Both the position numbers and the translations under genes were made by a program. A stretch of DNA of 64,000 nt from Candidatus Latescibacterota bacterium. GTDB taxonomy: Bacteria; Latescibacterota; UBA2968. Where the stretch lies: the NCBI GenBank assembly GCA_965204375.1, contig OZ241986.1, positions 960,001 through 1,024,000 on the forward strand, in the 5' to 3' direction. The notes beneath the pieces were generated by a model that ran no database searches, was not told where the DNA came from, and saw only the letters and a program-made list of their open reading frames with translations. Shown piece by piece: positions 19,855 to 29,358 of the stretch; positions within the stretch are counted from its first letter, which is position 1, and every line of letters begins with the position of its first letter.

Positions 19855-20640
19855 CTACCTTCTTTTTTTATTAATTTCAGCGATGGTATCGCCGGTTATT
19901 TTGACAGTGTGGGTATCTACTCGCTCAACGTCCTCACGGGTAGCTCTGGCCTCGGCACTGGTAGCGGACTGATATTCGGTCGCGAAAATATACGGAGATG
20001 GGATTGTATAAGGTGCGATTTCTCCGATCCGCCCCATGGCCTTGCGCGCGCCCTCCCGGATCAAATCTCGAGCTTTAGTGGGGGAGAGGGAGAGGGCAGC
20101 CGTGCGGCTGAGCCCCTCTTTTACGACAACGCCTTCGATGGTGGGAACGTAACGTCGGGCTTCATCTACAGCAGCCTGATCCCCGCTGACAAAAACCGTG
20201 GGCACGCCAACCTCACCGGCATGAGCCATGTTGAAACCAATTTCGCCGATCAGTTCATCGTTCAACCAGCAGTTGGCAATGCTTCGGGAACTCCAACTGT
20301 GACACAGCACACCATCAGGGGTGTTCTCCATCGCGTGATGGCCATACAAAAACTGCGCCTCAAATGTCAATCCCATCTCCCACGCAGAACCTCTGGGGCG
20401 GCCGTATATCACCCGGGCTTCGCGGTGGATATGTTCGATATTGATTCCACCACTGCCGTGTCCATCCAGCACGATAGGGTCTGTGGCGCCTCCTTCCATA
20501 GCACCGTCTATGAGGGCGTTGATCTCCAGAGTGGCGAGATATTTGGCCTGTTCGTTGTCGCGCCCCCCGTCGTAAGTTTGAGTTTTGAAATCTACGACGC
20601 CGGCAGTGCCCTCCAGATCGCATAAGATAAGAATTCTCAT
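19855..20640 (-). CDS. M55 family D-aminopeptidase (DppA-like)
   Basis: DLEGTAGV, DGHGSG, GHHA, GVLCHS, GEIG, VFVSGD. Confidence 0.88.
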   Translation of the reverse strand: MRILILCDLEGTAGVVDFKTQTYDGGRDNEQAKYLATLEINALIDGAMEGGATDPIVLDGHGSGGINIEHIHREARVIYGRPRGSAWEMGLTFEAQFLYGHHAMENTPDGVLCHSWSSRSIANCWLNDELIGEIGFNMAHAGEVGVPTVFVSGDQAAVDEARRYVPTIEGVVVKEGLSRTAALSLSPTKARDLIREGARKAMGRIGEIAPYTIPSPYIFATEYQSATSAEARATREDVERVDTHTVKITGDTIAEINKKRR

Positions 20641-20766
20641 GGAAAGTCTCCTGATGAACATGGCGGAAGATGTTTTACGTTATCAAAGTACATGATTGTG
20701 GGGCGATCCTGCAAGCAGAGATGCGCCCGCCTCTCTTCCAACGAGAGATGCTCCGTCCAATTGCGT

Positions 20767-20795
20767 TTGACTCCGGCATGGTCACTTCCTATCTT
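20767..20795 (+). promoter_or_regulatory. Putative sigma70 promoter
   Basis: TTGACT-17 bp-TATCTT upstream of the 20851 gene. Confidence 0.5.
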
Positions 20796-20850
20796 GCCCC
20801 TGAAAGATATTTTGCTACCTGAATCGTTTTTTTAGAGGAGGATCGGAAGG

Positions 20851-22116
20851 ATGGCGGTTAAACCGGATTTTCGCAAACCAGCGCCGGAAGGGGTGGTGGA
20901 GCAGACCGGCATCGGTTCCGGTACAGGCAATGGGATGGTGGCTTTAGACGACGGCTCCCTGATGATGGTTGTGGGGAGCCACTGCCATATCTCGACCGAC
21001 GGCGGCCAGACCTGGGGCGAGTCGCGACCGCTGAACTGCGAGGCGATGGGAAGTTCTTCCAACCTGTCGTGTATAGAGCTGCAGTCGGGCAAGCTGGCAC
21101 TGGCGCACCGGGGCAGGGAGGAGGCGGGAAGGGGGACGGAAATGTTCAACTGGAATCCCTTTTATTTTTCGGTGTCGGAAGACGACGGCCAGACCTGGGC
21201 GGGCGCGTGGCCGATGAGTCTGCTGGGTGGGCCGTACCACGATGCAATGATTCAGCTGTCGAGCGGGCGGCTGCTGATGCCCAGCCGGATCTGTCACAGC
21301 AACAACCAGCATCCGGGTTTGGAATACGAGCGGGTGAGCAGTTACGGGATCTGGAAGGGGCTGCGGTTGCAGGTAAGCGGACATTATCACTATCCAGAGG
21401 TAGATATCGCCGCGGTGAGTTATTCGGACGACGAGGGACAGACGTGGCAGCAGTGTCAGGGGCAGTTGATGGGCTGGTTCGACGCGGAGGGCATTCCCAA
21501 CGGGCGCGGAGGAATCACGGCGGTGGATGAACCGAGCGTGGCGGAATGCGCGGATGGGCGGGTGGTGCTGATGGCGCGATCCACAGTGGGGCGGCTGGTA
21601 CAGAGCGCCAGCGAAGATGGCGGCCAGACCTGGACGCCGATTTTGCCGAGCGATCTGGCGAGTTCGTATTCGCCGCCGAGGTTGCGGCGGATTCCGAGCA
21701 CGGGCGACTTACTGTGTGTGTGGAACCAGGTGTCGCGGGATGAGATCAAACGGGGCTATCGGCGGGGGAGACTGTCGGCGGCGATTTCCAGGGACAGTGG
21801 TGCGAGTTGGGAGCGGTTCAAGACTATCGAGGTGAGCGACGGTATGGAGGACATGGAGCGGGTGGTGCCGCAAGAGCCGATTACGCCGGTGGTTGGGCTG
21901 CCCGAATTGGGCACGCTGCCAGAGGGTTTTGCCACCTTCGACTACCCCAATGTGTGGTTTGCGAACGATAAGGTGTTCCTGACCTACCATCGAAGCTGGG
22001 TCGAAGTAGATGAGGACGCCGGAGAAGCGGTGACACTGGGGGAACGGAAAGGGAGGGCGAGGAAACCGCGCGAGATGGTGCTGCGCATTTATCCATTGGC
22101 GGCGTTTTACCGCTGA
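20851..22116 (+). CDS. Sialidase-like (BNR repeat) protein
   Basis: Asp-boxes STDGGQTW, SEDDGQTW, SDDEGQTW, SEDGGQTW, SRDSGASW; DYP. Confidence 0.82.
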   Translation: MAVKPDFRKPAPEGVVEQTGIGSGTGNGMVALDDGSLMMVVGSHCHISTDGGQTWGESRPLNCEAMGSSSNLSCIELQSGKLALAHRGREEAGRGTEMFNWNPFYFSVSEDDGQTWAGAWPMSLLGGPYHDAMIQLSSGRLLMPSRICHSNNQHPGLEYERVSSYGIWKGLRLQVSGHYHYPEVDIAAVSYSDDEGQTWQQCQGQLMGWFDAEGIPNGRGGITAVDEPSVAECADGRVVLMARSTVGRLVQSASEDGGQTWTPILPSDLASSYSPPRLRRIPSTGDLLCVWNQVSRDEIKRGYRRGRLSAAISRDSGASWERFKTIEVSDGMEDMERVVPQEPITPVVGLPELGTLPEGFATFDYPNVWFANDKVFLTYHRSWVEVDEDAGEAVTLGERKGRARKPREMVLRIYPLAAFYR

Positions 22117-22124
22117 AATGTCGT

Positions 22125-23363
22125 TTATTCTATTTTTGTATAGTCTGAAGTGAGCGTTAAACCACCCGACTTCACATTCATAAAGCAGGCAGTTGTTCCC
22201 TCGGGCTGCGTGGCGGTTACCACCCACTGATCAGCCTTTCTCTTCAGCTTTGCAGGTGATTCGAACCACTTCCTGTTACCGGTTATCCCAGTATCAGTAG
22301 TTGATATTAGAATGGCCTCATCCAAAGGCCTTGATGATTCAAAAATCACTGTGAACTGCCCGTTCTCTGTCTCGGACGAAATTTGCCTGGCCCAGAGTTT
22401 GCCCTCTTTGATAACGCTGTCTGCGAAGGCATAGCTATCCGGCGGTTTCATGCCGGCCTGGTGTCCGTGTTTCATGTCGGGGATCAGACATACCATGTAG
22501 GGCCCAGATACCGTGCGATAGCAGGAAGCCTGTTTGTCCAATGGAAAGTGTTGATCTCCCGGCCAGGAGAGCCAGAGGGTCGGGGTTTCCACTTTTTTTA
22601 AGCGCAGCACAGGATCCCAGACCTCTTTGTAAAGGTCATTATCTCCAAGCGCCCTGCCGTATTGATTGGCCGCCTGGGATAGGTTCCCGCATCCGTACGT
22701 CAAAATGGCAAAAGCGAAGCGGTCGTCGATACCGATAACAGTGCTTGCAATAATGCCTCCCCAGGAGATACCCATCAGGCCGACTTTCGTACTATCTACC
22801 TGCGGCAGGGAACGAAGTAGCGAGTTAGCGAGGATTGCATCGGCAACGGCGTGATATATCCACTGTTCTTCAATCGGTTTGTCGGAGTCCCCGTAAATAC
22901 CTGCGCGAACTGGTCCTGACCAGGGATGTTTTTTCCACCTGTTGCGCCTATTGTCGCCGGGTTTCCCGGGATCCCGTTCATCTATCTGCCCTTCCACTGC
23001 GATACTGATTGCCGCGTATCCGCGGGCATTCCACTTTTCAACCCACTCCTTAAAGGCGGTTCCGCCACCGCCATGGACTAACAGGATCCCCGGGACCTTG
23101 TGGTTCGACGATGCATCCTCAGGGATACCGATCCAGGCATAGACGCGGGTTGGTTTTCCCTCGTACATAAGCGCATCAAAGTAGATCGTCTTCAATTCCC
23201 CTGCGCCAATACTGACAATTTGCTCTTTTTCATTGCGGACAACCGGCGCGTCTGTCAGCTCAGCCAGTGCGAGTATTTTTGTTTCCTCTGTGCGGTAATC
23301 AGCTTGCACGCTCAAAGTCCTCAGCATTGCTGTAAAAATAACCGTCCATTTAATCATTCTCAT
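22125..23363 (-). CDS. Secreted alpha/beta hydrolase (acetylxylan esterase-like)
   Basis: Signal peptide; LVHGGGG, GLMGISWGG, WDP, DQHFP, HGH. Confidence 0.8.
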   Translation of the reverse strand: MRMIKWTVIFTAMLRTLSVQADYRTEETKILALAELTDAPVVRNEKEQIVSIGAGELKTIYFDALMYEGKPTRVYAWIGIPEDASSNHKVPGILLVHGGGGTAFKEWVEKWNARGYAAISIAVEGQIDERDPGKPGDNRRNRWKKHPWSGPVRAGIYGDSDKPIEEQWIYHAVADAILANSLLRSLPQVDSTKVGLMGISWGGIIASTVIGIDDRFAFAILTYGCGNLSQAANQYGRALGDNDLYKEVWDPVLRLKKVETPTLWLSWPGDQHFPLDKQASCYRTVSGPYMVCLIPDMKHGHQAGMKPPDSYAFADSVIKEGKLWARQISSETENGQFTVIFESSRPLDEAILISTTDTGITGNRKWFESPAKLKRKADQWVVTATQPEGTTACFMNVKSGGLTLTSDYTKIE

Positions 23364-23423
23364 TTGAAGGGCTTCCGCTTCATCGAAGTATCATAACTTT
23401 TTCCTATTTCCCTTAATCCCGAA

Positions 23424-24461
23424 TTAGTCGAGTCTCCCTTGATAGCAGGCATCATCCCACAGGGTCGCGCGGAAGCGTGGCTCATTACCCGTTAGTACTG
23501 CAACCGCATCCTTGCACGCATCGGTGAAACAACGTCGATGGCAGAAATCCGTGCCTCCTGCGATATGTGGGGTTGCCAATACGTTGGGATGCCGACGAAA
23601 CCATGCATCGGGCGGGGGAGGTTCCGGTGCGAACACATCAATCGCCGCAGCAATCTCCCCGGCCTCAATGCGTTCCCACAGCGCGTCCTGCTCAACCACT
23701 GCCATGCGCGTAACAAGCACGAACAAAGCACCCCGTGGCAAGGCGTTGATGACTTCTCTGCTGATAATCTGCTGGGTTGTTGGCGTTGGAGGAAGGCCGA
23801 CGACGAAGATTTCACTGGACGCAGCCAGTTCCACGAGTGACAGGGCGCGCTCGACACCGTGTGCTGCAAGTGCGGCATCTGCGACATAGGGGTCGTAGCT
23901 TCTCGTGGTACACCTGAATGGCGCAATCAGTTCGGCGTAACGCCGGTTGATGCTGCCGAATCCGGCGAGTCCCACACGCCTGCCTGTCAGGTCACCGTGG
24001 ACAAAGCCCGGCTTGTTCCACGCATGAGACTTCCATTTGCCCTGGCGTGCGAGGTAGAGCGATTCGGGGATATCGCGAATGAGATTGAGTGTCATGGCGA
24101 GCGCAAACTCGGCAACCGATGGCGTCATGCTGCGCGAAGTATCAATAAGCGGGATGTCGCGGTCTGCCAACTCCTGCAGGTCAACCCAATCATTGAAGCG
24201 ATTGTCAAACGTTCCCGCCAGGACCTTCATCCGCTCGGCAGATTGCCAATCTTTAGGGGTGGTTGCAGGACGATGCCAGGGGCCTATCACAATACCATCG
24301 GCAATGGGAAAACGCTTGAGGAATCGCGTGAATGCTTCCTTGTCCTGTTGATCAGTTTGGCGGATGATTTCGACTTCGCCATGAGCCTCAAGGAACGCAC
24401 AGCCTTCGTCGGTGTACTTCCGCTGTCGATGGGAATCCGTCTCGAACACAAGAAAGTGCAT
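23424..24461 (-). CDS. D-2-hydroxyacid dehydrogenase family protein
   Basis: GRRVGLAGFGSI, YDPY, AAIDVFAPEP, TPHIAG; GGAGG RBS. Confidence 0.85.
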   Translation of the reverse strand: MHFLVFETDSHRQRKYTDEGCAFLEAHGEVEIIRQTDQQDKEAFTRFLKRFPIADGIVIGPWHRPATTPKDWQSAERMKVLAGTFDNRFNDWVDLQELADRDIPLIDTSRSMTPSVAEFALAMTLNLIRDIPESLYLARQGKWKSHAWNKPGFVHGDLTGRRVGLAGFGSINRRYAELIAPFRCTTRSYDPYVADAALAAHGVERALSLVELAASSEIFVVGLPPTPTTQQIISREVINALPRGALFVLVTRMAVVEQDALWERIEAGEIAAAIDVFAPEPPPPDAWFRRHPNVLATPHIAGGTDFCHRRCFTDACKDAVAVLTGNEPRFRATLWDDACYQGRLD

Positions 24462-24537
24462 GGACTTACCTCCAAATACTTTGCTAATATCAGTTTTGTG
24501 GAAAATGGGCGACTGTCTCGCCGATTGCCTCCCGTGT

Positions 24538-25620
24538 CTATTCACCATTCGACAGCCGTGCGACCTCCCCGCGCAGTCGGGCATTCTCTGTTACGATCTT
24601 GCCAGTGCGAACGTCTTCCTCTCTGAACTTTGCCATGAAAACCGCTCCGTTTGGCGTGCGATTGTAATCATAAATGATGTAGATTGTTCCATCGCCTGCC
24701 TGCACGCCATCGGGATAGGTGACCTTCTCCCTTTCATCCAGCATGAGTTCGCCCTGCCACGTCTGGCCTTCATCGTCGGATACAAACGCCACTAGTTTCT
24801 CGCGTCTCGTCTTTTCGGTCATGGATCCATGCTTGACCAATAACAATGCGCCAGATTTCAAACGACGCACAAAAAACCGGGTGGTCGGATGTGGTATTTT
24901 AAGACGTTCAACGGGCGACCATGTCTTTCCATGATCGTAAGAAACTGTCTGGCCGATGCCACGGACCCGCACCAGCATCCAGAGTGAGCCATCCTTTCGT
25001 TCAACAATCATCGGTTCATCAGGGCCCCGCAATTCCGCGTTATCAATATTGGCAGTACCACGAAGCTCGAAGGTCTTGCCCTGATCGCGCGAGGCGTAGA
25101 CCTTGATGCTGTTGTCAGTCTTCCATACAGACGAGGTAAAGAGCCAGTCGCCATCCGATAGTACCGTTGGTTTGTTTAGCATAATGCCATTGCCCAATCG
25201 ACGCGGTTTCGTCCATGTTGGATTCTCAGCATCTGGATTGCTGGTGACAATGGTCCATATGCCGTAACGGCCATCTTGTTGACCAAGACTCTGTCCCCAG
25301 AAAACCCACATCCGATCCTGGGGATCGATCCAGATGGAAGCGGACATAGCCCGAACGTCCCTACAGGGCAGTATCATGACTTTTGGATCTGACCAGGTGT
25401 GCCCATCGTCATCACTCCGAATCAAGACTTGGTAGTTTCGCGGGCTTTCGACATCCCGCCCGTAAACTGCCCACAACCGTCCCTTAGTAGTGCGTTCGAT
25501 GCTTGGCACGCCCTGTCGTGTGGTCGGCGGCACATGCTGTTTCCACGGATTGACAATAACCGTCGCCGGTTCGAGTGCAATATCGGCATCACGCTGTTTC
25601 TCAGGTTCTGCATCTGTCAT
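24538..25620 (-). CDS. Sialidase-like (BNR repeat) protein
   Basis: RQGVPSI, SDDDGHTW, SRDQGKTF, SYDHGKTW, SDDEGQTW, TYPD. Confidence 0.82.
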   Translation of the reverse strand: MTDAEPEKQRDADIALEPATVIVNPWKQHVPPTTRQGVPSIERTTKGRLWAVYGRDVESPRNYQVLIRSDDDGHTWSDPKVMILPCRDVRAMSASIWIDPQDRMWVFWGQSLGQQDGRYGIWTIVTSNPDAENPTWTKPRRLGNGIMLNKPTVLSDGDWLFTSSVWKTDNSIKVYASRDQGKTFELRGTANIDNAELRGPDEPMIVERKDGSLWMLVRVRGIGQTVSYDHGKTWSPVERLKIPHPTTRFFVRRLKSGALLLVKHGSMTEKTRREKLVAFVSDDEGQTWQGELMLDEREKVTYPDGVQAGDGTIYIIYDYNRTPNGAVFMAKFREEDVRTGKIVTENARLRGEVARLSNGE

Positions 25621-25805
25621 GTTGTTTTCCTCAATTGTTTTGGGGCGTGCGATTCCCGCAAAAACGCAAAGGTCACAAATAGTGCAAAGAATGCCGAAAG
25701 GACTGCCAACAACATCGGCAATACGGGAAGGTTGACGAGAGTACTCAGGAAGATGATGAACGCCATCAAGCCGATGGCATACATCCTGTGCAGGTCAGAT
25801 GTCAT
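25617..25805 (-). pseudogene. Collapsed copy of the MFS gene at 31169-32368
   Basis: 25715-25805 matches 32278-32368 and 25638-25712 matches 31208-31282 with a few substitutions. 331 codons are removed in frame. Confidence 0.92.
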
Positions 25806-25930
25806 TACCCTTCCTCTATAGGGTAGTTGGATCGTTGGTATAAAAAACATTGTTCACAACAGTGTTATCCCTCCCTGTTGGAGCAGGGATATTTTTCTGA
25901 TCAAGATAGTCCACCCATACCATATCGTTC

Positions 25931-26719
25931 TCAGCCTGCGAAGTCCTGGATTCTTTGATATACGCTCAATTTGGCCTGATCCAATTCCTGCCCATACTCC
26001 TGGAAAAACAAAGGAATCCACTCATTGCCAAGGTTTCTGCGAATGGTGTAACAGACTGCGACAAAGTCGAGATACCGATCTCCGACTCCTGCATAGCCCA
26101 AATCAATGTAGCCACTTATACGGCCATCGTGGATCATAACGTTGGGCAGGCAATAATCCCCGTGGGTGAATACCATGTCCTCTGGCGGGAGGTCGGTCCG
26201 TATGCTGTCCAGCTCATCCCGAAGAACCTTCCTCGTTTCACCATTTGGTATCTGACTATCTAACACACCTGCGTCAATCAGGTCTGTCGTCCACACAAGA
26301 TAGTGCTCAAAACGGCGATCCAATGGGCACGAGTTGACAGGTATCGCGTGAATCTCGCGAAGTCCATGGGCAAACAGGCGTACGAGGCCAGGAATATCAC
26401 TTTTGGCGTCTTTATGGATACCAGAGACACCAGCGATTCGGGTCATGAGCAGATACTGAGTACTATCCTCCTCGTGGTAGCAAACCACGCGAGGCACACT
26501 CAATTTGCCGTGCAGCCAGGACATGGCGGCCTTTTCAGCGAGAAGGTCAGGCTCCTGCGGCACAGCAAGCGAATCTCTGACTTTGAGGAACAAGCCGCGT
26601 TTACTCGGGTGGGTAAATGAGAATACATCGGCGCACGATGCTGTCCTGAGATTGTTGCCATTTGAGGTGAAACTCTTCAGGTGGACTTGAACCGAATTTG
26701 GTAGATCCTGGTTTTTCAA
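25931..26719 (-). CDS. Aminoglycoside 3'-phosphotransferase-like protein
   Basis: LFLK, WLHGKLSVPRV, VFTHGDYCLPNV, GYIDLGYAGVGDRYLD. Likely TTG start at 26719, directly after GTTAGCC; also in frame with the upstream phosphatase stub (ORF to 26917). Confidence 0.85.
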   Translation of the reverse strand: MKNQDLPNSVQVHLKSFTSNGNNLRTASCADVFSFTHPSKRGLFLKVRDSLAVPQEPDLLAEKAAMSWLHGKLSVPRVVCYHEEDSTQYLLMTRIAGVSGIHKDAKSDIPGLVRLFAHGLREIHAIPVNSCPLDRRFEHYLVWTTDLIDAGVLDSQIPNGETRKVLRDELDSIRTDLPPEDMVFTHGDYCLPNVMIHDGRISGYIDLGYAGVGDRYLDFVAVCYTIRRNLGNEWIPLFFQEYGQELDQAKLSVYQRIQDFAG

Positions 26720-26744
26720 GGCTAACCTGTCTTTGAGAGTTACG

Positions 26745-26896
26745 TTGACGATTGTCTTTAACTGGGGGAGGTTATCCTGGGTCGAGATTTCATCCAGAGC
26801 CCCACTTCGATAGAGGATGCTTGACTTGAAGAACTCAGACCCAAGAATTTGATTCAAGCTGTTTCCAACATCGCGAAAGTTTTTCACTCCGAGCAT
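26745..26896 (-). pseudogene. N-terminal stub of a tyrosine-phosphatase (Y_phosphatase3-like) gene
   Basis: LGVKNFRDVG...LYRSGALD...KTIVN is the typical N-terminus; the catalytic HCxxGxDR loop is absent. Confidence 0.7.
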
Positions 26897-26913
26897 ATCA
26901 CTACCCAGTTCAG

Positions 26914-27513
26914 TCAAACCAGGATTCCTCTGGAGACCAGATAGGATTCGAGTGTCTCTACGGTTGTGTAGTGATGGGTATTCAGCCCAACGGAAATGGC
27001 AGTTTCGACGTTTGGCAGCCTGTCGTCGATGAACAGGGATTCCTCTGCAGCAACGCGCATGGTTCGCAGCACATGTGTGAACGCCCGAGGATCACTCTTG
27101 GTGAATCCAGTCTCATATGAATAGAACTGCCGCTCAAAGACCTTCAAAAAAGGGTAATTTTGTCTGACGAAATAACTCCATTCTCTTGCATGATCTGACA
27201 GGATGACTACATCCATCTTCTCTACCAATGATGTAACGAGTGCGATTGCGCGATTGTCGGATCGAAGAAGGTTCCGCCTTATAATTTCTTTCATCTCCTC
27301 TACAGTGATTGGCCAGGAGTTATCGGAGATTATTTCGCTAAAATACTCGTCCTCTGTTATACGCCCCACAAACAAAGTTGCGAGCAGATTCCCACCAAAG
27401 CATGGCAGGATTTCATCTTGTGGGATTCCCAGTATTGGCTGAAGTTCTACTTCTATTCCGTACAGGCCAGAAATAAGTACCTCAGAGAGATCGGAGATGA
27501 TGAGCCTTATCAT
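26914..27513 (-). CDS. HAD-superfamily hydrolase
   Basis: ISDLSEVL, ILSD, KSDP, LFIDD..NV..A..VG. Confidence 0.8.
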   Translation of the reverse strand: MIRLIISDLSEVLISGLYGIEVELQPILGIPQDEILPCFGGNLLATLFVGRITEDEYFSEIISDNSWPITVEEMKEIIRRNLLRSDNRAIALVTSLVEKMDVVILSDHAREWSYFVRQNYPFLKVFERQFYSYETGFTKSDPRAFTHVLRTMRVAAEESLFIDDRLPNVETAISVGLNTHHYTTVETLESYLVSRGILV

Positions 27514-27687
27514 AGGGCTGTGATTCTTTCGGCAAATAAGCCTTGGAGTTTCAAAATCGGACCGTAGTGCTTTACCAACATAACCCCCATTTTATTTTCA
27601 TATTATGATCTCTCCTACTTTTTCGTAGGAACTTCTTAAGTTGGGAATCTGCATATAGCATTTATCCTAATCTAAACAGAAGCCAGT

Positions 27688-28284
27688 TTACCACTTATCC
27701 AGATTGCGATGAAAAAAACTCATAATAACTCTGGAATCTGGTCTATCCATATACGCCATGTCTGAAAAATAACATCTACTATCAGGATCACACATTATCG
27801 AATTGAGAGGCGCACCAGGCATAGTTTTTTGGCTTTGATTGGCAGTAAATAGCACTTCCATTTGCCAACTATGAAGAAGGGGAGTAGCCTCACTGTGAAC
27901 CAGAGCAATGCAATTGTGCCAGGTGCCAAAAGTTGAGCCACCAACAGAACGTATTTTTTTTATATAATGGTCAATAATCTGCTGATCTGTGATCTCTTGC
28001 TCTTGGGAACAAATTCGCCGGACAAAGACGTTAGGTTGCTCCTTATTTGACAATCCAGTGATCACCAGTCCAGAATCAATTGCAAAAGATGGGAGGTCCG
28101 ATGTTTGATAATAAGCTATTGCCTTTTTAATAGCATTCTTTTCAGGGGTATCACCGTCTTCGGTTACATCTAATTTTAATCCTAATTGGATAGGGTCTAT
28201 AATTTCAATTGAAAACGGTGATAAAATATGTCTAACATGACGAATTTTTTCTTTATTGGCTGTTCCAAATAAAATCTTCTTCAT
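27688..28284 (-). CDS. Non-canonical purine NTP pyrophosphatase (HAM1/ITPase family)
   Basis: FGTANKEK, EDGDTPEKNAIKKA, IDSGLVI; AT-rich. Confidence 0.8.
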   Translation of the reverse strand: MKKILFGTANKEKIRHVRHILSPFSIEIIDPIQLGLKLDVTEDGDTPEKNAIKKAIAYYQTSDLPSFAIDSGLVITGLSNKEQPNVFVRRICSQEQEITDQQIIDHYIKKIRSVGGSTFGTWHNCIALVHSEATPLLHSWQMEVLFTANQSQKTMPGAPLNSIMCDPDSRCYFSDMAYMDRPDSRVIMSFFHRNLDKW

Positions 28285-28311
28285 TAAGAATTAAACCTCT
28301 GTAGTAAATTT

Positions 28312-29328
28312 TCACTCCTGCCTGCTGGACAGTAGCCTATATTCAAGAAATTTCTCTTGAACCAACCCTTTTGCGAAGAGGTCCTTGCTCAGATCAAAGC
28401 CTTCCTTGATCGAATCTGTTCGTCCAAAACAGTAGAAAGCTGCACCGGCATTCAAACAGACCAGATCCAGAATCGATTTGGGGGTTTGGTGCTGTAAAAG
28501 AGATAGGAAGATTTCTGCATTCTCATCACTATCACCACCTGGAATCTTACTGTAATCCCGTTTAGCTATCCCAAAATCTGAAGGTGAAATCTGGTATTCC
28601 CTAATCACACCTTCGGCCACTTCAAAGATATGAGTGTGCCCAGAAATGGAGATCTCATCAATCCCTGGCTCTCCGACAACAATCATGAAGCGTTTACGCC
28701 CAAGATGGCGGAGTACTTCTACCAGTTGTCTGCCCATATCGACATCAATTGTTCCGAGTATTTGATATTGAGGATTGGCAGGATTGCATAACGGAGCGCT
28801 GAGATTGAAAATCGTTCTTCTGTCAACCATTTGTCTGGCGGTCACCACTTTTTTCATTACTGGATGGTATGTGCGGGCAAACAGAAAACACACATTTGTC
28901 CTCTTGAAAATGTCCTCCAAACGGTCATCTCTGAAATCAAACTCGCAGTCGAGTTTTTCCAGCAAATCAAAGCTACCATTCGGTCTCTTTGAGCCTTTAT
29001 TGCCGTGTTTCACAACCGGAACACCGCCAGCAGATAAAACGAATGCGGCGGTTGTCGATACGTTGAATCGATTTAGACCGCTTCCACCTGTTCCACACGA
29101 ATCAATGGCTTTGGAAGGGAGAGGAACAGGTTTCGACTTAGCCAATAAAGCTCTCGAAAATCCGAGAATTTCATCGGCAGTCTCGCCCTTCTCAGAGAAC
29201 GCTATGAGCAGTTTTGCGATCTGTTCGTCTGGTACATTACTTTCCAGGATTGCACTCAGACAGTGTTCAGCCTCATCGGCCTGGAGAGATTCACCTTCTC
29301 TGAGTTTATCGATGTATTTCGAGATCAT
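28312..29328 (-). CDS. trpD: Anthranilate phosphoribosyltransferase
   Basis: DSCGTGGSG..FNVSTT, VKHGNK, FLFARTYHP, RTIFN, GIDEIS, LNAGAA. Confidence 0.9.
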   Translation of the reverse strand: MISKYIDKLREGESLQADEAEHCLSAILESNVPDEQIAKLLIAFSEKGETADEILGFSRALLAKSKPVPLPSKAIDSCGTGGSGLNRFNVSTTAAFVLSAGGVPVVKHGNKGSKRPNGSFDLLEKLDCEFDFRDDRLEDIFKRTNVCFLFARTYHPVMKKVVTARQMVDRRTIFNLSAPLCNPANPQYQILGTIDVDMGRQLVEVLRHLGRKRFMIVVGEPGIDEISISGHTHIFEVAEGVIREYQISPSDFGIAKRDYSKIPGGDSDENAEIFLSLLQHQTPKSILDLVCLNAGAAFYCFGRTDSIKEGFDLSKDLFAKGLVQEKFLEYRLLSSRQE

Positions 29329-29358
29329 AGGGAGGTGTTTCCTTAACGCATCAGCAAT

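Noticed and set aside
19315-20625. 436-aa plus-strand ORF
   Set aside because: Antisense to two well-supported genes; no motifs.
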